A DNA stretch of 64,000 nucleotides from a virus. Its lineage: Duplodnaviria; Caudoviricetes. The translations under genes and the position numbers were made by a program. Below, one piece after another: positions 40,321-49,734 of this stretch. The stretch's first letter is position 1. Every line of letters begins with the position of its first letter. The notes beneath the pieces were generated by a model that worked only from the letters and a program-made list of their open reading frames with translations, searched no databases and was not told where the DNA came from. The stretch is taken from positions 8,776 through 72,775 of the IMG/VR virus record IMGVR_UViG_3300021430_000864. One strand, 5' to 3'.

Positions 40321-40789
40321 TGAATTTTTAAAATATTGTGAATTAAATGAAATTCATGATACTGAAAAATTAGCGAAGGAGATTTTCAGAAAGGGTTTCA
40401 ACATTACAAAATATGGTGAGACCCCCACAACTCTTTATACGCAAAAAATCATCGAAAAAGAAGTGATTAAAGAGGTGCCGGTGGAAAAGATTGTTGAAGT
40501 AATTAAAGAAGTTCCTGTTGAAAAGATTGTTGAGGTGGTTAAGGAAGTTCCGGTCGAAATAAAAGGAGACACCCAAGTTGTAGTAAAAGAGGTAATTAAG
40601 GAAGTTCCTGTTGAAAAAGTCGTTGAGGTTATAAAAGAAGTTGTTAATAACGATGAAATCGTTAAATTGCAACAGGAAAACCAACAACTAAAATCTGAAT
40701 TAGAAACCATAACAAAATCATTAGAATCTCTTGGTAAAAAGGGTAGGTTTATGAAGGATAGTAATCTTTCATCATTATATGGTGAATGA
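40289..40789 (+). CDS. Hypothetical protein with VPVEKIVEVIKE repeats and a C-terminal coiled coil
   Basis: About four KEVPVE units, most followed by KIVEV or KVVEV, around 40470-40640. Confidence 0.65.
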   Translation: MSQKNYLILDDEFLKYCELNEIHDTEKLAKEIFRKGFNITKYGETPTTLYTQKIIEKEVIKEVPVEKIVEVIKEVPVEKIVEVVKEVPVEIKGDTQVVVKEVIKEVPVEKVVEVIKEVVNNDEIVKLQQENQQLKSELETITKSLESLGKKGRFMKDSNLSSLYGE

Positions 40790-40790
40790 T

Positions 40791-40821
40791 TTTGTTTATT
40801 CGGAATTTTTAGTTATATTTT
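40791..40821 (+). promoter_or_regulatory. Putative early-type promoter
   Basis: TTTG-N19-TATATTTT. Confidence 0.45.
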
Positions 40822-40833
40822 AAAGAAAAAAAC

Positions 40834-41181
40834 ATGGCACATATTTTTATTTGGATGATTGCTGCTTATGGTATGAGTACCATATTAGTTTACGGTTCAA
40901 TATTCGAATCGGTAAGAAATTTTATCCATGATTGGGGGAATAACCAACACACACCATTTCAAGGAATCGGTAAGTTTATTTCAGGATTAATAAGTTGCAT
41001 GTTGTGTACATCAACGTGGGTTGGATTCTTTTTTTCACTTACAATTGGTGGTTTATCATCAACACACTTTGATATGCATTGGTTACCATCAATATTTTTC
41101 GATGGTATGTTTACAGCTGGCTCGGTATGGGCAATTAACGCGATAGTTGAATTTTTTGAAGAGAATAGATTCACAAAATAA
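40834..41181 (+). CDS. DUF1360-like membrane protein
   Basis: Three hydrophobic segments and an LISCMLCTSTWVG motif. Confidence 0.6.
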   Translation: MAHIFIWMIAAYGMSTILVYGSIFESVRNFIHDWGNNQHTPFQGIGKFISGLISCMLCTSTWVGFFFSLTIGGLSSTHFDMHWLPSIFFDGMFTAGSVWAINAIVEFFEENRFTK

Positions 41182-41208
41182 TCGCATGAATAACACACAA
41201 TTTTTTGA

Positions 41209-41715
41209 ATGGGCTATATTAAAAGATTCTATGATGACACTGAAGTTAGAGAATTTGCAAAAAAATTTTTAAAAGACGTTTTTAATCTTAACTTTGAATC
41301 TCACAAAAATCTCAGAGGGATAGATTTAATAAATGTTGAAGATAATACCTTTGGGGTTGAACTTGAGAGGGGTGGTTGGATTGGAGACTTTTGGGGGAAT
41401 GAATATTCACTCATTAGTGGTTTGGGGTACAGAACCGTAAACATACCGATAAGGAAAACAAAATATTGGTATGATAAAAAAGAAGGTTCGTTATCACCAA
41501 ATAAGAACAAACATTGGTTTGTTCGAACTAACAAGACATTCACTCAGGTAATTGTGATAAAACCGGCAACCATTAAACACAAGGACAAAATATTGTTTAC
41601 GGAATTTAAACCGAACAATAGTGATGAAGTTGAAAAATGGATGTCATTTAGAAAAGAACACGTAAAAACATACAACCTCAAAAAAGAAAAATGGAGACTA
41701 CAAACAATAAAATGA
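41209..41715 (+). CDS. Hypothetical protein, possibly a PD-(D/E)XK-fold endonuclease
   Basis: Basic protein with GIDL-x8-VELE spacing. Weak evidence for function. Confidence 0.4.
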   Translation: MGYIKRFYDDTEVREFAKKFLKDVFNLNFESHKNLRGIDLINVEDNTFGVELERGGWIGDFWGNEYSLISGLGYRTVNIPIRKTKYWYDKKEGSLSPNKNKHWFVRTNKTFTQVIVIKPATIKHKDKILFTEFKPNNSDEVEKWMSFRKEHVKTYNLKKEKWRLQTIK

Positions 41716-44057
41716 GTACGTATAAAAATCCTTACATTAAAGTAACGTGGCAAGATACACACGAAAACTTCACATCAGAGAAGATTAGTCGTGTTAAGTC
41801 ATATTTCCAAAAGAAGTACAACACGAAGTATGTTCAAATCGTCACCAAAGTAATCTCTAACGAGGACAACACTAAACTAGCATCATTAGATATTTCGGAA
41901 AATATCTCCGACTTTCAATACCAAAAAATCTTAATGAAAGACTTTGTTGAAGAGAACAAAATAGATGTCTCTCTTGACAGGTTGAATAATTTGGATAATA
42001 AGGTAAACGAGGAGTTCCTTAAAAACAATGGTGATAAAATAAAATACAGTAAGTGGTTTGTTAAAAAAGTTGAGTTCTCAAACTTCTTATCTTATGGTAG
42101 GAACAATGAGATTGATTTTACTGAATTACCGGGTATTACTGTTGTTGAATCAACACCGAAAAACTTTGGTGGTAAATCAACTGCAACAGTTGACCTATTG
42201 TTATTCCTATTTTTTAACAAAACAACTAAAACTAAAACAAACTCTGAAATCTTCAACAGATTCAGTAGTGATGATGAGGTTAGGGTTAAAGGTTACATAA
42301 CCATCGATAATGAAGATTACATTATCGAAAGGGTTAGTAATAGAAAAAAAAGTAAGAGTGGTGATTACACAGTAACCAATAAACTTGAATTTTATAAAAT
42401 CAATCCTGACGGTACAACCGAAAATCTAACCGGAGAACAACGTAGAGAAACCGAGGAGTTTATCACACGAGCAATCGGTACGGAAGAGGATTTCTTATCT
42501 ACCATCCTAACTACGGGTTATAATTTAGAGGAGATGATTGAATCTAAACCAACCGCTAGAGGTCTTATCTTGACCAAATTTTTAGGTTTGGAAATCCTAA
42601 AAGAAAAAGAGGAAATTTGTAAAGGAATCCAAAGTGAATGGAGTAAAAAACTTATCTCCAATAATCATAATATTAACGATTTAGAAACTGAAATCGAATC
42701 GTTCAAAGATGCTATTAAAACCAATCAAGAAGAAATTTTAAGATTGGAAAATGAATCACTCAAACAACAAAATTCCTTAGAGAATAACGAGTCTAAGCGT
42801 GATAATCTTCTTTCTAGAAGAAACAATGACATCGACCAAGAATTAATTAGAACAAATGTTGACCAAATCAAAATGGATATCAATGTTCTAAAAAAACAAA
42901 AAGAGTCCGCATCAACTAATGCTAAGTTGGTTGATGTGAAAGAACCTTCACAATATTATTTGGAAGATGAACACCAAGTAATCAAAGATGAAATTAACGG
43001 ATTAATTGTTGAGGGTCGAGTTAATGCGGATACCATAACAAGAAACGAAACGTTAATTAAACAACTTGAAGATGGTCAGATATGTCCAACTTGTAATAGA
43101 GCTTTGGATACTGTTGACCATAGTGGTGAAATAAATAAGTTAAAAGAACTTGTTGAATCAACCAAAAAGATACAGGTTGAAAACCGAAAAAAATACGATG
43201 AACTTAGTGAGAAAGAAAAGACCTATTCTAATCTGAAAAAAGAATTCGATGAGTATGAGAAGAATAAGTTAAGAAAAACTAAGTATGAATTGGAATCCGA
43301 CCAAAAACAAATGGAGATTGATAAGTTACAGATTAAACTTGATAACTACGACCGTAACAAACAAAAATTAGAAGAGAACCAAAAGATTGACGCTGAACTT
43401 ATCGGATTGAAGACACAAATTGAATCTGCAAATTCATACATCAGACAGTGCACCACCAATATTGAGAAATTAAAATCTCAGAACGGTACATTAAATGAAA
43501 AGATTGAAACCAATAAAGAGTTGGTTCGGAAGATTAAAGTTGAGAACGAAACCCAATCAATTTTTAAAGTTTACTTAACCGTGTTTGGTAAAAATGGTAT
43601 TTCTAAAGTAATTTTGAAAAATATGGTACCGTTGATTAACCAAGAACTTTATCGTCTATTGGTGGACAGTTGTCACTTTATCCTTGAGTTGAACATAAAC
43701 GACAAAAATGAGGTAGAATTTATTATGATTGATACTGAGACAAGAATTGTTAAACCTCTAAGTTCTGGCTCGGGTTATGAAAGAACAATATCATCATTAG
43801 CGTTGAGAAGTGTTTTAACAAAAATCTCATCTTTACCTAAACCAAACATTGTGGTTATGGATGAGGTCTTCGGTAAAATTGCGGACGAGAACTTGGAAAT
43901 GGTGGGAGAGTTCTTCAAAAAGATTAAAGATTACTTTGAACATATATTTGTAATTTCACATAACCCATTGATTAGAAATTGGTCAGACAATTTAGTAATG
44001 GTTAAAAAGGAAGATAACATAAGTTCAATTGATTTTATTACACCAAAAATTTCGTAA
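41712..44057 (+). CDS. sbcC: SbcC/Rad50 (T4 gp46-like) SMC ATPase with an N-terminal extension
   Basis: VEFSNFLSYG, Walker A NFGGKST, coiled coil with CPTC zinc hook, signature LSSGSGYE, Walker B VVMDEVFG, H-loop ISHN. Start set at the ATGA overlap (41712) rather than 41691. Confidence 0.92.
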   Translation: MSTYKNPYIKVTWQDTHENFTSEKISRVKSYFQKKYNTKYVQIVTKVISNEDNTKLASLDISENISDFQYQKILMKDFVEENKIDVSLDRLNNLDNKVNEEFLKNNGDKIKYSKWFVKKVEFSNFLSYGRNNEIDFTELPGITVVESTPKNFGGKSTATVDLLLFLFFNKTTKTKTNSEIFNRFSSDDEVRVKGYITIDNEDYIIERVSNRKKSKSGDYTVTNKLEFYKINPDGTTENLTGEQRRETEEFITRAIGTEEDFLSTILTTGYNLEEMIESKPTARGLILTKFLGLEILKEKEEICKGIQSEWSKKLISNNHNINDLETEIESFKDAIKTNQEEILRLENESLKQQNSLENNESKRDNLLSRRNNDIDQELIRTNVDQIKMDINVLKKQKESASTNAKLVDVKEPSQYYLEDEHQVIKDEINGLIVEGRVNADTITRNETLIKQLEDGQICPTCNRALDTVDHSGEINKLKELVESTKKIQVENRKKYDELSEKEKTYSNLKKEFDEYEKNKLRKTKYELESDQKQMEIDKLQIKLDNYDRNKQKLEENQKIDAELIGLKTQIESANSYIRQCTTNIEKLKSQNGTLNEKIETNKELVRKIKVENETQSIFKVYLTVFGKNGISKVILKNMVPLINQELYRLLVDSCHFILELNINDKNEVEFIMIDTETRIVKPLSSGSGYERTISSLALRSVLTKISSLPKPNIVVMDEVFGKIADENLEMVGEFFKKIKDYFEHIFVISHNPLIRNWSDNLVMVKKEDNISSIDFITPKIS

Positions 44058-44093
44058 ATTCACTTTTTTTTCTTACATTATATAAAAATTATC

Positions 44094-44765
44094 ATGAATC
44101 CAAAGGACTACAAAGATTTCGGACTATTCGCTAAAGACAAAGGTGTTAGCGGATTAAACTTACACTATTACAACAAACAGGTTGAGGATAGTTTAACCCC
44201 GTACATTCTCGAAGAGAGACAGATGAATGTTACGGTAATGGATGTTTTCTCCCGACTTATGATGGAGAGAATTATATGGGTGGCAGGTGTTGTTAATGAC
44301 AACATGTCCACAATTGTACAAGCACAGTTAATGTTCTTGGATAGTTTGGATAGTACTGATATTACCATGCACATTGACAGTCCGGGTGGTTCTGTTAAAT
44401 CAGGTTTATCCATGGTTGATGTTATGGAATATATCAAATCTGATATTAGGACCGTAAACACGGGTATGGCAGCATCAATGGGTTCAATATTACTCGGTGC
44501 TGGTACTAAGGGTAAAAGATGTTCATTGAGATTCTCAAGAACAATGTTACACCAATCATCAGGTGGGTTTCATGGAAATATCCAAGATGCAAGAATCAAC
44601 ATGGAAGAATGGGATAAATTGAATAAAACATTATTCCAATTATTAGGTGAGTACTGTAACAAACCAGCCGAACAAGTTATGACAGACGCTACGAGAGATT
44701 TGTGGTTGTCATCTGAAGAGGCGTTAGAGTATGGTATCATCGATGAAATTATCAGAAAAAAATAA
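44094..44765 (+). CDS. clpP: ATP-dependent Clp protease proteolytic subunit
   Basis: DVFSRLMMERII, IDSPGGSV, AASMGS (Ser), MLHQ (His) and RDLW (Asp) give an intact catalytic triad. Confidence 0.95.
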   Translation: MNPKDYKDFGLFAKDKGVSGLNLHYYNKQVEDSLTPYILEERQMNVTVMDVFSRLMMERIIWVAGVVNDNMSTIVQAQLMFLDSLDSTDITMHIDSPGGSVKSGLSMVDVMEYIKSDIRTVNTGMAASMGSILLGAGTKGKRCSLRFSRTMLHQSSGGFHGNIQDARINMEEWDKLNKTLFQLLGEYCNKPAEQVMTDATRDLWLSSEEALEYGIIDEIIRKK

Positions 44766-44813
44766 AATTCTGTTAATATTTATTGGAAATCATAAACAAT
44801 ATAGATAAATCAA

Positions 44814-45155
44814 ATGACTAAAAATCAAATATCTTATTTACTGAACATTGTTTTAATCGGTGTTATTTTGTATCTGTTATTCTTCAATAATTCGGGGGAA
44901 AATAGTAACATTAAAATGTACAATCAAAAGATTGATTCATTGAATAGTATCATTATTTCAAATAATAAAAAACTTGACTCATTATCCATTGTTGAAGGTA
45001 AACAAATGGAAAACGTTCAGAAATTAAAAGATGAGTTATCACAAGTTTCCAATAAAAATAAAGAATTAAAAAGAAAGTATGAAAAAGAATCTGCTCGTTA
45101 CAATAGTATGTCTAATGATGACATTACCGACCTTTTCTCAGAGTCGTTCAAATGA
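44814..45155 (+). CDS. N-terminally anchored membrane coiled-coil protein (possible spanin-like)
   Basis: N-terminal TM segment (YLLNIVLIGVILYLLFF) followed by a coiled coil. Confidence 0.5.
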   Translation: MTKNQISYLLNIVLIGVILYLLFFNNSGENSNIKMYNQKIDSLNSIIISNNKKLDSLSIVEGKQMENVQKLKDELSQVSNKNKELKRKYEKESARYNSMSNDDITDLFSESFK

Positions 45156-45480
45156 TTCAATTAGATGTGTTCCTGTGTCACAACTAAGGAATGCATTGAA
45201 GATGAAAAACGACTTTGAATTATGTAAAATTGCATTAAGTGAATCGAGAGACTCGGTTAACACTTTAACCAAAATTGTCACCACACAAGATAGTGTGATT
45301 GTAACAAAGACGGAGACCAATAAGATACTATCTGAAAACAACAATAATCTCAATCAAACCCTTATCTTAAAAGACAAAATTCTCGGAGAGAAAGATAAGG
45401 AGATTAAAAAAGCAAAGTCTACAAGTAAAAAAATTGCGGGTGGTGGAATCCTCCTAGTTTTGTTAGCGTTATTGATATAA
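45079..45480 (+). CDS. Exported coiled-coil protein with a C-terminal TM anchor (possible spanin-like)
   Basis: Signal peptide MKKNLLVTIVCLMMTLPTFS|Q, coiled coil, C-terminal GGGILLVLLALLI. Overlaps the previous gene by 77 nt. Confidence 0.5.
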   Translation: MKKNLLVTIVCLMMTLPTFSQSRSNDSIRCVPVSQLRNALKMKNDFELCKIALSESRDSVNTLTKIVTTQDSVIVTKTETNKILSENNNNLNQTLILKDKILGEKDKEIKKAKSTSKKIAGGGILLVLLALLI

Positions 45481-45489
45481 TAGTATAAT

Positions 45490-45951
45490 ATGAAAACATA
45501 CTTATTGTTTTTATTTTCAGATTTCCAAGACCATGAAGATGTTGAATTCTTCTGTTTAGATATATTGGGTGCAAGTCCGGTAGTATCTAAGGTTAGATTT
45601 GTAATTGAGGATACGTCTAAAAGTATCATTGTGATATTTGAATCCGAATCATCAAGAAAAGAACTATCAGAAGAATTACATAACATTATATCCATGGAAG
45701 ACGTAAAGTTCTATTTCCTTTTTGAAAGGGAAAGTATCTACAGTGCCAATTTACCTGTACAGATGAAAGATTTTATGTTCAAACCTTCGGAGGAACACAC
45801 CTCTCTTAGATTGGATTACAATAAGAACAAAAAGACAGAAGAATCTGATGTACCAATGGATTTAGATATTATACTAGACAAAATCGAACAACACGGAATT
45901 GAGAGCTTAACACCTGATGAAAAAAAATTTTTGGACGACTTTAAAAATTGA
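45490..45951 (+). CDS. Hypothetical protein with a C-terminal DUF6576-like domain
   Basis: LDIILDKIEQHGIESLTPDEKKFLD resembles the small domain found at the C-terminus of Bacteroidota rhomboid proteins. Confidence 0.55.
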   Translation: MKTYLLFLFSDFQDHEDVEFFCLDILGASPVVSKVRFVIEDTSKSIIVIFESESSRKELSEELHNIISMEDVKFYFLFERESIYSANLPVQMKDFMFKPSEEHTSLRLDYNKNKKTEESDVPMDLDIILDKIEQHGIESLTPDEKKFLDDFKN

Positions 45952-45996
45952 GAAATTTCATTTATTTTTACAAACGAACCACAAATCAATTTTTTC

Positions 45997-46809
45997 ATGA
46001 GTAAAACCATATTAATTAACACCGAAGAGATTCAGAATTACATTAAAGACATCCGTAAAATCAAGGTAATCACACATGACCGACAGGATGTAATCTTTGA
46101 AAAACTCAAAGACCCAACATTACCAAAATCCGAAAGACAAGAATATTTGAATGAACTCGTACTCGGTAATCTTCGTTTCGTAATCACAGTTGCAAAATCT
46201 TATCAAAACAATGGAATGGATTTAATTGACTTAATATCCGAAGGGAATATTGGGTTAATTCGTGCAGCTGAAAGATTCGACCCGAATAGTGGTAACAAAT
46301 TCATATCGTATGCAGTTTGGTGGGTTAAACAATCGATTATGGCATCGTTAAATGATAATGCCAGAACAATCAGACTTCCCTCAAACATCATTCAGGAAAA
46401 TCAAAAGAAGAAAAAGAACGAAAACTTAAATATTGACGACCAACACTACTTTAAAAGTGAAGATACCGATGTTGATGTTACGTTACCACATTGTGTAAAT
46501 TTATTCGATGAAATAAATGAAGATGGTGACCAATTATTCGACACAATTATCAATGTCGATGCTGACAACCCTGAAGATATTCTAAACACAAAAGATGAAA
46601 TTAAAAGGAGAGTATCGGCGATGTTATCAATTTTAGATGACAGGGAAAAGGTAATCATTGAGAAATCATACGGATTAAATGGTGTTGAAATGAATTTAGA
46701 GGACTTAGGTGAAGAATTCGGATGTACCAAGGAAAGAATAAGACAGCTAAGAGATAAAGCATTAAAGAAACTCCGTAACGATAGTTATGGTTTATTAAAC
46801 TATTTATAA
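45997..46809 (+). CDS. RpoD/SigA-family RNA polymerase sigma factor lacking region 1.1
   Basis: NLRFVITVAKSY, DLISEGNIGLIRAAERFDP, KFISYAVWWVKQSI, RTIRLP, and region 4.2 TKERIRQLRDKALKKLR. Confidence 0.92.
   Translation: MSKTILINTEEIQNYIKDIRKIKVITHDRQDVIFEKLKDPTLPKSERQEYLNELVLGNLRFVITVAKSYQNNGMDLIDLISEGNIGLIRAAERFDPNSGNKFISYAVWWVKQSIMASLNDNARTIRLPSNIIQENQKKKKNENLNIDDQHYFKSEDTDVDVTLPHCVNLFDEINEDGDQLFDTIINVDADNPEDILNTKDEIKRRVSAMLSILDDREKVIIEKSYGLNGVEMNLEDLGEEFGCTKERIRQLRDKALKKLRNDSYGLLNYL
46801..46808 (+). promoter_or_regulatory. TATTTATA motif embedded in the last codons of the sigma gene
   Basis: TAT TTA TAA encodes Y-L-stop. It ends 11 nt before the ATG at 46820. Confidence 0.45.
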
Positions 46810-46819
46810 ATAAAAAATT

Positions 46820-47107
46820 ATGAAAAATTTCATTCAAAAAAATTTCACAATCATTGTTTTGGTAATCGCAATTTTGGGGTTATTTAAAAGTTGTGGTGAT
46901 GGTAGGGAACTATCTAAAATGAGAAAAGAAATCGAATCAATTAAAGATTCAACCTACACTAAATCTGAACTTGACGTAAGATTAAAAATTGAAGGTTTGA
47001 GGTCAGAAAAAAGAATGATTCAGGCAACTGATAGAAAAATTTTAGATGTTAACCGTCAAACACAAATTGATGAAGAAATAAATAAATTAGAAAATAGTAT
47101 TAAATGA
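46820..47107 (+). CDS. Small membrane-anchored or lipoprotein-like coiled-coil protein
   Basis: Hydrophobic stretch ending LFKSC (lipobox-like), then a coiled coil. Confidence 0.5.
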   Translation: MKNFIQKNFTIIVLVIAILGLFKSCGDGRELSKMRKEIESIKDSTYTKSELDVRLKIEGLRSEKRMIQATDRKILDVNRQTQIDEEINKLENSIK

Positions 47108-48243
47108 AAAATTGGTTCAACAGGAATTATAAGACAGTAATAATTTTATCGTTTTTAATCCCAATCATTACTGTTGCATTAGTATCAATTTCTCACGTAA
47201 CAAAATGGTATGGGATATCGAATCCATTAACTTGGGCAATATATCTCTCAATTGGTATTGAAATTGCTGCGTTATCTGCGTTAGCTGCAATATCTGCGGA
47301 CATGGGAAAAAAAGTTTACTTCCCATTTGGTATTGTTACCTTGATTCAATTCATTGGTAACATTTATTTCGCATATTCATATATTGACATAAACAGTCAA
47401 TCATTTATATCTTGGGTTGAATTGGTTGCACCTTTATTGGAATTTATGGGTGTTGACCCAACAGACTATGTTGGACATAAACGATTCTTAGCATTCTTTG
47501 CTGGGGGTATGTTACCAATCATCTCACTTTCCTTCCTACATATGTTGGTGAAATTTACACAAGATAATAAGTCACAAACAAAAGAAGAAACAAGTGTAGA
47601 GAAAGAGACACCGGTTGTTGAAGCGAAAGACATTGTTGGTGAAGTTTCAAGAGTTAGATTGAATGATGAACAATTAGTTGCGTTAGAAAAAATATTAACT
47701 AAAAAAACATCCGAAGAACCGATAATTGAGGAAAAAAAAACCTTAATTAAACCCGAACCTGAGACTCAACCACAGATTGTTGAAGAAACTCCAACCAATG
47801 ACGAGGAAATGGTTAACAAGTGGGAGAATAACGAGTCTCTTGAAGGTCTTACACCAATGAATGAAGAGTCTCCTGTTATTGATTTAATACAACCAAACGA
47901 AATCCAAATAATTGAAGAACCAACACCTATTGTTGAGCCCGTTGTGGAAGAACCTGAACCTGTTGTTGAAGATATGGTATCGGTACAACCTGAACCTACT
48001 ATTGTTGAACCAATAGTACCATATGAAGAACCTACACAAGAAATTCAAGAAACTATTATTGAAGAGTCTCCACAAACGGATATTATAGAAGAACCAACAT
48101 CTATTATTGAGCCCGTTGCGGAAGAACCAATTCAAGAGGTAGAAGAAACCCAACCAATGGTTGAAGAACAACCCACCCCACAAGTAGAAGAAACCCCAAT
48201 AGTTGAACTTCCCACAGTTAGTGAGGAAGAAAAAAAAAATTAG
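47104..48243 (+). CDS. Membrane protein with about four N-terminal TM helices and an acidic E/P-rich tail
   Basis: Hydrophobic N-terminal ~150 aa, then EEPTPIVEP-type repeats. Ends at a slippery A run followed by TAG. Confidence 0.75.
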   Translation: MKNWFNRNYKTVIILSFLIPIITVALVSISHVTKWYGISNPLTWAIYLSIGIEIAALSALAAISADMGKKVYFPFGIVTLIQFIGNIYFAYSYIDINSQSFISWVELVAPLLEFMGVDPTDYVGHKRFLAFFAGGMLPIISLSFLHMLVKFTQDNKSQTKEETSVEKETPVVEAKDIVGEVSRVRLNDEQLVALEKILTKKTSEEPIIEEKKTLIKPEPETQPQIVEETPTNDEEMVNKWENNESLEGLTPMNEESPVIDLIQPNEIQIIEEPTPIVEPVVEEPEPVVEDMVSVQPEPTIVEPIVPYEEPTQEIQETIIEESPQTDIIEEPTSIIEPVAEEPIQEVEETQPMVEEQPTPQVEETPIVELPTVSEEEKKN

Positions 48244-48404
48244 AAGAGGTAGAGTCCCCGGAGGAGCAGGAATCGTCGGAAAACTTTGGTTTGGAGATTG
48301 GGGAAGACACAGATAATACCACAGAAGATAGTAGCATTTCTTCTGTTATACGTAAAAAATTAACAAGGAATGTTGGAAATACACAACGTAGAAGGTTTAG
48401 ATAA
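48234..48404 (+). other. Slippery site (A AAA AAT, 48234-48240) and a 54-codon -1-frame extension of the preceding gene
   Basis: The -1 frame from 48240 reads LEEVESPEEQESSENFGLEIGEDTDNTTEDSSISSVIRKKLTRNVGNTQRRRFR, stop at 48402-48404. Confidence 0.55.
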
Positions 48405-48990
48405 TAAAACCCTTAACATTGTTCGAAGAAAGACAAAAAAACATCAAATCTTATTGTATGATACGGGTAGAAGAACTGACGATTTTATCAATAAATTAAA
48501 ATACAGAAAGTGTGGTAAATATGATGAAATACCACACTTTGTTGTTACTAAATTAGGGACAATTTATCAGTTATATAGTACTGACTATTACTCAAATACA
48601 TTTGATGAACCTCTAATTGATAAACAATTTATAAAGATTGCAATTGAGAACCTCGGGTGGTTAAATAAAAATACCATTACGGGGTTTTTAAATAATTGGA
48701 TTGGTGACCCTTATAGGTCAGAACCATTCGTTAGAAATTGGAGAAACTACTACTTTTGGGATAGATATAATGATGAACAAATACAGTCAGTTGTAAACTT
48801 ATGTTACTCTTTGTGTGAAAAACACGACATACCCCCAAAAATCGTACCGTCACAAGGTTATTTAGAAAAAGTAATCAACTTCAAGGGAATTACGTGTAAA
48901 TCCAATTTTTCAAATATTTATACAGATATAAACCCATCATTTAATTTTAGATTATTTTTCAAAAATGAAGAACAAGGTAACAGAATATGA
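48370..48990 (+). CDS. Amidase_2 (N-acetylmuramoyl-L-alanine amidase)-fold protein with degenerate Zn ligands
   Basis: QILLYDT, PHFVVTKLGTIYQL, IKIAIENLG, YNDEQIQSVVNLCYSLCEKHDIP, TDINP. Confidence 0.65.
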   Translation: MLEIHNVEGLDNKTLNIVRRKTKKHQILLYDTGRRTDDFINKLKYRKCGKYDEIPHFVVTKLGTIYQLYSTDYYSNTFDEPLIDKQFIKIAIENLGWLNKNTITGFLNNWIGDPYRSEPFVRNWRNYYFWDRYNDEQIQSVVNLCYSLCEKHDIPPKIVPSQGYLEKVINFKGITCKSNFSNIYTDINPSFNFRLFFKNEEQGNRI

Positions 48991-49495
48991 CCAAATCAAA
49001 GGTATGTTGAACAAAATGAGAAATCTCAATGAAAGTAAACATATCAATAAAATGCAGATTAACGAGAACGAAGAAATTGAGAAGACTCAACCATCATCGT
49101 CCGACTTCGATAAGGAACAATATGACAATGTTGAAGTAATCAACGATGTTGAAGTAAAACTATTATCAACAGATAAAGAAGATATTTCACTTAAACCTGA
49201 TGAAAAAGAATCTATCACACAACTAATCGATTCATTCAGACAACAAGTTTCTCAAATTGCGGAATTAGACCCGGGTTTTACCATTTCTGAAAGACAAATA
49301 AGACTTGATGGTACAATAACTGATTTGGAGATAAACTTTGTTCTAATTGCGGGTGAAGATGCTGGTTTATATATCAATAGTGACATGTTGTCTATTGAAA
49401 ACGAAACAATTCAAATGTTAGAGAAAATTTCTAAGTTTTACCCAACATTTGTTACGGCTATGGAGCCATTAATTAGAGATAGAATGAGTTCATAA
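48965..49495 (+). CDS. Hypothetical acidic protein (176 aa)
   Basis: Coupled ORF with an NE/EE-rich N-terminus typical of huge-phage head-associated proteins. Confidence 0.55.
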   Translation: MKNKVTEYDQIKGMLNKMRNLNESKHINKMQINENEEIEKTQPSSSDFDKEQYDNVEVINDVEVKLLSTDKEDISLKPDEKESITQLIDSFRQQVSQIAELDPGFTISERQIRLDGTITDLEINFVLIAGEDAGLYINSDMLSIENETIQMLEKISKFYPTFVTAMEPLIRDRMSS

Positions 49496-49734
49496 TGGCA
49501 CTTACAAATTCGGACATTAAAGAGATTGAGAAAATTGCAAGAAAAGAAATGAAAGATTTCTTAGAGACGACTCAAGCTCATAATATAGTAATGAAAATAA
49601 TTCAAAAAGAGATTGGTGCGAGGTCTGTGGATGAAAGAATAGTTGATTTATCATCTAAGGTAGTCGTTGAACTATTCAAAACCCTTTGGCAACGCAAATC
49701 TTTTTGGGAAACATCCTTAAAGAGTGTTAGGTAA
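49495..49734 (+). CDS. Hypothetical protein (79 aa)
   Basis: Stop/start coupling on both sides. Confidence 0.6.
   Translation: MALTNSDIKEIEKIARKEMKDFLETTQAHNIVMKIIQKEIGARSVDERIVDLSSKVVVELFKTLWQRKSFWETSLKSVR

Noticed and set aside
48241-48252. Amber readthrough as the explanation for the lone TAG
   Set aside because: The zero frame reads TAG AAG AGG TAG, so readthrough adds only about three residues. The -1 frame is the informative one.
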